Source: Rhodospirillaceae bacterium
GTDB lineage: Bacteria > Pseudomonadota > Alphaproteobacteria > UBA6615
Reading direction: 5' to 3'
Length of the DNA stretch: 64,000 nucleotides
Assembly: GCA_038117265.1 (NCBI GenBank)
Contig: JAYOFO010000004.1
Location: 18,816-82,815, forward strand
A model generated the notes under the pieces. The model made no database searches. It saw nothing but the letters and a program-made list of their open reading frames with translations, and was not told the origin of the DNA. Made by a program: the position numbers and the translations under genes. Positions within the stretch are counted from its first letter, which is position 1. Every line of letters begins with the position of its first letter. Of the stretch, positions 58,176 to 64,000 are shown one piece after another.

Positions 58176-58332
58176 TACGCTCCTCCCTGCTTCGGGTTGC
58201 CCCGTTAAATGCGGCCCGGTGCGCCGGAATTCGGGCGCACCGAACCTGTTGATTACAGAACCCGAGTTTCATCCGCCCCGCGCCTTGCGTCAAGGCGCTG
58301 CGCGGCGAAAACCTCCGTTTGCGACGAAATTC

Positions 58333-58938
58333 CTAGGACACGAGCGCCGCGATGACGACGATGGCGACGATCGCGCCGACGATCCAGGTGCCGACGCCGA
58401 CCTGGGCCAGGGCGCGGGTGTCGCCGGCCGTCGGAGCGGGTGCGGCGGCCGGCGCGGCGGGTGCCGGTTCGCCGGTCGGGGCCTCGGCCGCGCCGCCATC
58501 CTGTTCGACGGCCGCGGCGAAGTTCTCGAAGAACTGCGAGGCCATCTTCTTGGCTGTGCCGTCGATCAGGCGTGCGCCGAGCTGGGCGAGCTTGCCGCCG
58601 ACCTGGGCATCGACCTCGTACTTCAGGATGGTCGCGCCGCCATCGTCTTCGAGGCGGACATTGGCGCCGCCCTTGGCAAACCCAGCCGCGCCGCCCTTGC
58701 CCTCGCCGGAGATGCGGTAGCCGTTGGGTGCATCGATGTCGGTCAGTTGGACAGCGCCCGCGAACTTCGCCTTCACCGGGCCGACCTTGGCCGTGACCTT
58801 CGCCTCGAACGAGGTGTCGGAGGTCTGCTCGATCTCGTCGCATCCGGGGATCGACTGCTTGAGGACGTCGGGATCGTTGAGTGCGGCCCACACCTTCTCG
58901 CGCGGGGCTTCGATCCTGTATTCGCCGGTCATTTCCAT
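58333..58938 (-). CDS. coxG: CoxG-like SRPBCC family protein with a C-terminal membrane anchor
   Basis: 201 aa; SRPBCC fold N-terminal region, Ala/Pro linker, C-terminal TM helix. Confidence 0.6.
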   Translation of the reverse strand: MEMTGEYRIEAPREKVWAALNDPDVLKQSIPGCDEIEQTSDTSFEAKVTAKVGPVKAKFAGAVQLTDIDAPNGYRISGEGKGGAAGFAKGGANVRLEDDGGATILKYEVDAQVGGKLAQLGARLIDGTAKKMASQFFENFAAAVEQDGGAAEAPTGEPAPAAPAAAPAPTAGDTRALAQVGVGTWIVGAIVAIVVIAALVS

Positions 58939-59020
58939 GGCGATGGTCCTTCTGACGCTTGGGCTGGAGATGGCCGGAAAATAGACCCCGCCCGGCGGCG
59001 GGACAAGCCGTGTCTAGGGG

Positions 59021-60229
59021 TTATCGGCGCGATATTCGGCGCCCCGCGACCCGGTTCACGCAGACCGCGCCGGCGAACGAGCCGGCACCGATGGTCGCGA
59101 AGGCGAGGAACCAGGCGAGCCCCGACGCCTGGCCGCCGGAACTGTCCAGCACGAACCCGACGGCAAGCGGGCCGAGCAGGGCGGCGGAGAATCCGAACAG
59201 CGAGTGCACGGCAAGGGTCAGGCCGCGATAACCCGCCGCCGCCTGCTGGACCGCGCCCGCGGTCAGCGAGCCCGAATCTCCCATCACGAGGCCGCTGTAG
59301 ACGAAGAAGACCACGACGACGACCGCAAACGGCAGGCCGGGTGTGAGCCCCATGACGAGCGCGGCCGCGAACGAGGACAGCATGGCGAACGTCACGACGC
59401 GCCGGCGCCCGTATCGCTCGCACAATTCGTTGCCGACGAGGCTGGCGCCGACCGCAGCGAGGTTTGCCGCCGCCGCCACGAGCGCGGCGTCGGCCGTCGC
59501 GGTGCCGGCGCTGCGTTCCGAGGCGAAGACGAGGAAGGCGACGATCCATCCGCGCAGCGCGAACAGCTCCCAGGAATGCCCGGCATAGCCGAGCACATAG
59601 GCCATGGCCGGCCGGTTGCACAGGACGGGCCGGATGTCGAACATCGCCGTCGGCGGGCGTTCCTCGGGCAGGGGTGCGCGGGACCGGAGGAGGGCGCGTG
59701 CCAGCACGGCGGCAAGCAGGGGGCCGAATGCGGCGGCTCCGAACGCCGCGGGCCAGCCGAACGCCGTTCCGACCAGGCCGTTCAGGCCGAACGACACGCC
59801 GGCACCGACCGAGAAGCCCGCAGTATAGGTTGCAACGCCGCGCGAGGGCACGGGATGCGGCAGCCGGTCGGTCAGTACCTTGAGACCGGTCATGTAGGTG
59901 CCGCCCACGCCCGCACCCTGCACCGCGTTCCAGGCCATCGCCGACCAGAAGCCGTCGGCAAGCGCGGCGAAGCCGGCGAGGCCCGCGGCCGAGACGAACA
60001 GGCTGGCGATGTAGATGCGCCGCGAATCCACCCGATCGGTCCAGGGCACCAGGATCGCGACCGCTGCGACGTAGCCGGCAAAGTAGATGCCGCTGATCCA
60101 GCCGGCTTCCGTGTTCGTCAGCGCCCATTCCGCCTGCAGGGGAAGAAGCAGCGCGGGGAAGGCGGCGAACCCGGTCATGCTCGCGATATGGGCGACGAAC
60201 ATGGTGGCGATGGTGGCGGCCGGCGACAT
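59021..60229 (-). CDS. MFS transporter
   Basis: 402 aa from MSPAATIATMF; 12 predicted TM helices. Confidence 0.65.
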   Translation of the reverse strand: MSPAATIATMFVAHIASMTGFAAFPALLLPLQAEWALTNTEAGWISGIYFAGYVAAVAILVPWTDRVDSRRIYIASLFVSAAGLAGFAALADGFWSAMAWNAVQGAGVGGTYMTGLKVLTDRLPHPVPSRGVATYTAGFSVGAGVSFGLNGLVGTAFGWPAAFGAAAFGPLLAAVLARALLRSRAPLPEERPPTAMFDIRPVLCNRPAMAYVLGYAGHSWELFALRGWIVAFLVFASERSAGTATADAALVAAAANLAAVGASLVGNELCERYGRRRVVTFAMLSSFAAALVMGLTPGLPFAVVVVVFFVYSGLVMGDSGSLTAGAVQQAAAGYRGLTLAVHSLFGFSAALLGPLAVGFVLDSSGGQASGLAWFLAFATIGAGSFAGAVCVNRVAGRRISRR

Positions 60230-60276
60230 GCCGGCGGTTATATCGCCGTGGCCGCGCCGGCGGTTGCGAAATCGGC

Positions 60277-62415
60277 TCAGGCGGTGCCGGCGCGGCGGCG
60301 CGACCAGACGAACAGCGCGATGAACACGGCCAGTCCGCCCAGGTGGACGGCAAGGTCCGTCGGCCAGAGCAGGGCCGCACCGGCCGCCAAAGCGACGGCG
60401 CGCAAGGGCCAGTTGAGCGGTCCCTCGAGGTGGCCCTGCATCGCCGCAGAGAAGGCATAGAGGCCGAATACGCCGAACGCGAAGATCGTCAGCACCTGAT
60501 CGACCGGCCCGCCGAGGAACGGCGTGTAGGCGATCAGCAGGGGCACGATGTAGAGGCCCTTGGCGATCTTCCACGAGGTGAACCCGGTCGCCATCGGCGG
60601 CGTTCGCGCGATGGCCGCCGCCGCAAAGGCCGCGAGGCAGACGGGTGGGGTGACGTTGCTGTCCTGCGACAGCCAGAACACGATCATGTGCGCCGACAGC
60701 AGCGCCAGCACCAGGGTCTCGGGCGAAAGGATCTGTTCGCGCACGATGGGGGTGAGGTCGGCGGGAATCATCGCAGCCAGCGCGCGCGCCTGTTCCAGCG
60801 GCATTGCCGATCCGAGCGGGGCCACGCTGTCGGGCGCAACCAGCAGGAAGATCGCCTTGGCGCCCTCGGGCACGTTGCCGGCGGCGATCGCCTGGACGAG
60901 TTCCATGTTCGAGATCATGTCCGACAGCGCGGGCGCCGAGACCGACGCCAGCATGATGTAGGCGGCGGTCACGGGCAGCCCCATGCCCAGCACGAGCGAG
61001 GCGATGGCCACGAGCACGATCGCGATCAGCAGGTTGCTGCCCGCCCACTGGGAAATCATGATCGAGAAGGTGTTGCCGATGCCCGTGGTCGCCACGACGT
61101 TGACGACCAGGCCGATGGTGACCAGCAGGACGCCGATCGAGACCATGTTGCGCGCGCCCAGCGCCAGCGCCTCGACGATGGCGCGCGGCCCCATCCGGTT
61201 GGGGGTCAGCCACGAGGCGCCGACGACGGCGAGGATCGCATAGCCGGCCGCGAAGGTGGGGGTGAAGCCCTCGATCAGCAGCACGATCAGCAGCGCGATG
61301 GGCAGGATGAAGGCGATGCCGCCGCGCTTCAGCACGTCGGCGATGGCCGGCACCTCGAGCTCGCCGCCGAGGTTCTGGCGCTTCGCCTCGATCCGCACAT
61401 AGAAGCCGACCGACAGGAAATACAGCACCGCCGGCAGGAAGCTGACGGCAATGATCTGGGTGTAGGAGATGCCGGTGAAGTTGGCCATCACGAAGGCCCC
61501 GGCTCCCATGATCGGGGGCATGAGCTGCCCGCCGGTCGATGCCGAGGCCTCGACCCCGGCGGCGAAGCGGGCGGGGAAACCGGCGCCCTTCATCAACGGG
61601 ATGGTCACCGAACCGGTCGAGGCGGTATTGCCGACGGCCGACCCCGAGATGGTGCCTGTCAGGCCCGAGGCGAAGACGGCGACGAGGCCGGGGCCGCCGG
61701 CGAACCGGCCGACCGCGGCGCGCGCCATGTCGATGATGATCGCGCTCGCGCCCGAGCGCACCAGGAAGGCCGCGAACAGGATGAACATGAACACGACGGT
61801 CGAGGAGATGCGCGCGATGATGCCGAACATGCCCTCGTCGTTGAAGATCGAGCGGAACAGGACGGTCTCGGGCGCCAGGCCGGAGAAACGGAACGTGCCG
61901 CCGATCCACGCGCCCCACCAGATCACATAGGTCAGCGCGACGACGATCAGGATCGGGATGATCCAGCCGGTCGTCCGGCGGGTCAGTTCCAGGGCGCCGA
62001 CGATGCACACGATGCCCGCCGTGATCTCCAGCGGCGTCATCCGCACGCCGCGGTCGTAGATCGCGTTCTCCTGGGAGATCAGGAAGATCGCGGACGCGGC
62101 CACCGCCAGGCCGAGCAGGATGTCGAGGACCAGGACGATGCGTGCCGCGGCAGCATTGCGCGCCGCGAACATCGGATAGATGACCGCGCACAGGAATCCG
62201 AGGCCGGCCAGGTGCCAGGCCGTCTGCCACAGCGTGTCGAGGGTGCCGAGCGTATTGAAGTAGAGGTGCGCGATCGAAACCGCCACCGCGAGCGCACCGA
62301 TGGCGACGGCGGGTGCGCCCGTCAACGTCCTTGTGTGGGTCTGGACCTCGCCGACGTCGCCGCCCGTGGCCTCGGCGCGTGGCATTGCGTGATCAGGCTC
62401 TGACATGGTCCTCAT
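60277..62415 (-). CDS. TAXI-TRAP transporter fused permease (DctQ-DctM-like fusion)
   Basis: About 712 aa polytopic protein directly downstream of the TAXI binding protein. Start 62415, 62406 or 62385. Confidence 0.7.
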   Translation of the reverse strand: MRTMSEPDHAMPRAEATGGDVGEVQTHTRTLTGAPAVAIGALAVAVSIAHLYFNTLGTLDTLWQTAWHLAGLGFLCAVIYPMFAARNAAAARIVLVLDILLGLAVAASAIFLISQENAIYDRGVRMTPLEITAGIVCIVGALELTRRTTGWIIPILIVVALTYVIWWGAWIGGTFRFSGLAPETVLFRSIFNDEGMFGIIARISSTVVFMFILFAAFLVRSGASAIIIDMARAAVGRFAGGPGLVAVFASGLTGTISGSAVGNTASTGSVTIPLMKGAGFPARFAAGVEASASTGGQLMPPIMGAGAFVMANFTGISYTQIIAVSFLPAVLYFLSVGFYVRIEAKRQNLGGELEVPAIADVLKRGGIAFILPIALLIVLLIEGFTPTFAAGYAILAVVGASWLTPNRMGPRAIVEALALGARNMVSIGVLLVTIGLVVNVVATTGIGNTFSIMISQWAGSNLLIAIVLVAIASLVLGMGLPVTAAYIMLASVSAPALSDMISNMELVQAIAAGNVPEGAKAIFLLVAPDSVAPLGSAMPLEQARALAAMIPADLTPIVREQILSPETLVLALLSAHMIVFWLSQDSNVTPPVCLAAFAAAAIARTPPMATGFTSWKIAKGLYIVPLLIAYTPFLGGPVDQVLTIFAFGVFGLYAFSAAMQGHLEGPLNWPLRAVALAAGAALLWPTDLAVHLGGLAVFIALFVWSRRRAGTA

Positions 62416-62416
62416 G

Positions 62417-62455
62417 CCGGAACGGCGCGGGATGGATCCACCCCGCGCCGTCCGG
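62417..62455 (-). promoter_or_regulatory. Long near-perfect inverted repeat (14-bp stem) filling the gap between the TAXI binding-protein and permease genes; likely an attenuator or processing hairpin
   Basis: CCGGAACGGCGCGGG-atggatcca-CCCGCGCCGTCCGG; it ends 2 nt from the first candidate permease ATG. Confidence 0.5.
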
Positions 62456-62478
62456 TGTTTTACTGCGAAGGCGCGATG

Positions 62479-63498
62479 CTACTTCGCCATCAGGCTTTCG
62501 GAAACGTTGACCCCGACTTCCTTGTAGTACTTCAGCGCACCGGGGTGCAGCGGCATGGGCAGGCCCGCGATCGCGCGCTCGATGCTCATCGCCTTGGTGG
62601 CCGCATGGATGCCCTGCAGGAAGGGCAGGTTCTCGTACATGGTCTTGGTGATCATGTAGACCACGTCCTCGGGCGTGTCCGCACGGGTCGCCAGGAAGTT
62701 CGGCTGGGCGATCGTCGCCACTTCCTTGTCCTGGCCCGGATAGGTGCCGGCCGGGATCGTGAACGGCGTCCACAGGCCCAGCCCGCCGTCGGCCTTCTTC
62801 TGCTGATCGGGCGTGAACGACAGCAGGGTCGCCTCCTTGCCCATCGCCGCGAAGGCCTGGGTGACGCCGCCGACCGGCACGCCGGCCGGGGTCGACATGC
62901 CCTCGATGTTGCCGTTCTGCATCGCCTCGGCGCTCGGACCGTAGCCCATGAAGGCGAGATCGAACTCCTTGTCCATGTCGGAACCCAGGTTCTGCATGAT
63001 CACCCGGTTGGAGCCGATCGTGCCCGAGTTCTGCCGGCCCATCGAAACCTTCTTGCCCTTCAGGGACATGAAGTCATCGATCGTGCCGGTCTTGGCGTAT
63101 TTGGACTTCACGACGAAGTGCTCGACGTTCGACCACAGCATCGAGACCGAACGCATTTCGCGCTGCGGGCCGTCGTTGGCGATCGGGCCGGTGCCGTTCC
63201 AGGCATAGGAGCCGAACAGCCCCTGCAGGATGGCGAACTGGGCCTCGTTGTCGCGCAGCAGCTTCACGTTCTCGCCCGAGCCCGCTGAGCTGATGGCCGA
63301 TACGTTGATCTTCTGCTTTGGCTGCAGCTTGACCTTGACCAGGGTCGAGAGCGCGACCCCGACGGGATAGTAGGTGCCGCCGGTGCTGGCGGTGGCGAGC
63401 AGGTAGTCGCGCGCCTCCTGTGCGTGGGCGGGCGCCGTGGCACCGACGAGGGCTGCACCGGCCACTGCGAGGGCGGCGTATTTCAAGCGATTCGACAT
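62479..63498 (-). CDS. TAXI family TRAP transporter solute receptor
   Basis: 339 aa; signal peptide MSNRLKYAALAVAGAALVGATAPAHA; TAXI block TGGTYYPVG. RBS AGGGAGAAACGG. Confidence 0.75.
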   Translation of the reverse strand: MSNRLKYAALAVAGAALVGATAPAHAQEARDYLLATASTGGTYYPVGVALSTLVKVKLQPKQKINVSAISSAGSGENVKLLRDNEAQFAILQGLFGSYAWNGTGPIANDGPQREMRSVSMLWSNVEHFVVKSKYAKTGTIDDFMSLKGKKVSMGRQNSGTIGSNRVIMQNLGSDMDKEFDLAFMGYGPSAEAMQNGNIEGMSTPAGVPVGGVTQAFAAMGKEATLLSFTPDQQKKADGGLGLWTPFTIPAGTYPGQDKEVATIAQPNFLATRADTPEDVVYMITKTMYENLPFLQGIHAATKAMSIERAIAGLPMPLHPGALKYYKEVGVNVSESLMAK

Positions 63499-63675
63499 GT
63501 CCGTTTCTCCCTGACTGTCACAGACGATCCATTACCGTCACCAGACCATTCGGTTGACGAAGAGTTTAGTGCACGGACTCCGCGAGTCCAGCCGTCCATT
63601 GGTGTGATGGCATCGGCCTGGGTGTGCGCTGCTTGCTAACCTCTCCGCCGGTCGCCGCACGCATGCCCGCGCGGG

Positions 63676-64000
63676 TCAGCCGGGGTTCGGGATGTCGCGG
63701 GTCGCGGACCGGGGGCTGTTCTCTGGCGTGCCGGCCAGCCGCCGCCCGTCGGCGTCGTACTTGCCCTCGAGGTCGTCGATGTGCGTCTTCGACCAGAGTT
63801 CCGCCTGCGACAGGTAGGCGGCGCGGCCGAGCAGGTGCGCGGCGACCGGTGCCGTCAGCAGCAGGAAGATCAGCCCGGCGATCGCGCGGGTGACGACCCC
63901 GATATCCTGGGAGTCGACCGCGATGGCCACCAGGACGAGCCCCGCCCCGAGGGTTCCCGCCTTTGTCGCGGCGTGCATGCGCACGAAGATATCCGGCAGG
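63676..64000 (-). CDS. Small membrane protein, possibly DUF1850 family (TAXI-associated); may be 5'-truncated by the window end
   Basis: At least 102 aa with a hydrophobic N-terminal region; positioned upstream of the TAXI SBP, as DUF1850 genes commonly are. Confidence 0.3.
   Translation of the reverse strand, partial: LPDIFVRMHAATKAGTLGAGLVLVAIAVDSQDIGVVTRAIAGLIFLLLTAPVAAHLLGRAAYLSQAELWSKTHIDDLEGKYDADGRRLAGTPENSPRSATRDIPNPG

Noticed and set aside
59021-62230. 1069-aa minus ORF
   Set aside because: It is a composite: the MFS gene begins at 60229 (MSPAATIATMF). The upstream part is an alternative frame inside the TAXI permease gene (60277..62415).
62313-62773. Two small ORFs sharing GWIHPAP on opposite strands
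   Set aside because: They are artefacts of translating both arms of the long inverted repeat between the TAXI genes.
1-64000. CRISPR arrays, tRNA/rRNA genes, transposases or integrases
   Set aside because: No regularly spaced direct repeats were found; every hairpin is single-copy. No recombinase-like or transposase-like ORF, no tRNA cloverleaf candidates and no rRNA-like stretches were seen. tRNA absence cannot be fully excluded without a scan.

Overview
The window is about 64 kb of high-GC (roughly 65-67%) chromosomal DNA, most likely from an alphaproteobacterium (Rhodobacterales or Rhizobiales style: many TRAP transporters, TAXI-TRAP, form II cox genes). I saw no rRNA, tRNA, CRISPR array, transposase or integrase; it reads as a dense transporter and catabolic region. 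Running 5' to 3', the window holds: (i) the 3' end of a glycerate kinase, a group D flavin monooxygenase, a deiodinase-like thioredoxin-fold protein and an SDR; (ii) three tandem cyclase-family (PF04199-like) paralogs followed by a histidinol-dehydrogenase-family gene; (iii) an acoABC-like TPP/lipoyl acetoin-dehydrogenase operon with no E3 or regulator, preceded by a DctP TRAP binding protein with its own intrinsic terminator and facing a divergent dctQM; (iv) an orphan FAD plus 2Fe-2S (CoxM/CoxS-like) pair with no molybdopterin large subunit; (v) OsmC, GST, a membrane c-type cytochrome, a MetE-like protein and a GntR regulator; (vi) a second dctPQM TRAP system and a third orphan dctP; (vii) a 16-kb catabolic island (deacetylase, 2-hydroxyacid dehydrogenase, hydratase, secreted S1 protease, nitroreductase, SMP-30 lactonase, BKACE, GNAT, amidohydrolase, FAH, acyl-CoA dehydrogenase, GNAT, MBL hydrolase, acyl-CoA synthetase, esterase, SDR); (viii) a TauE/SafE exporter followed by an unclassifiable membrane coiled-coil protein; (ix) an ABC-2 ATPase / permease / GldG-like / DUF4340 operon; (x) a complete form II (AYRGAGR) cox-like cluster, coxG-S-L-M-D-E, split xdhC, molybdopterin-binding/MocA fusion, with translationally coupled ATGA junctions and a possible small secreted Cys peptide; (xi) an MFS transporter and a TAXI-TRAP system with a long inverted repeat between the binding-protein and permease genes. 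The most novel candidates are the triple-cyclase plus HisD-like operon, the TauE-linked hypothetical protein, the orphan CoxMS pair, and the catabolic island with an embedded secreted protease. All functional calls rest on motif and family recognition by eye; no database searches were run.
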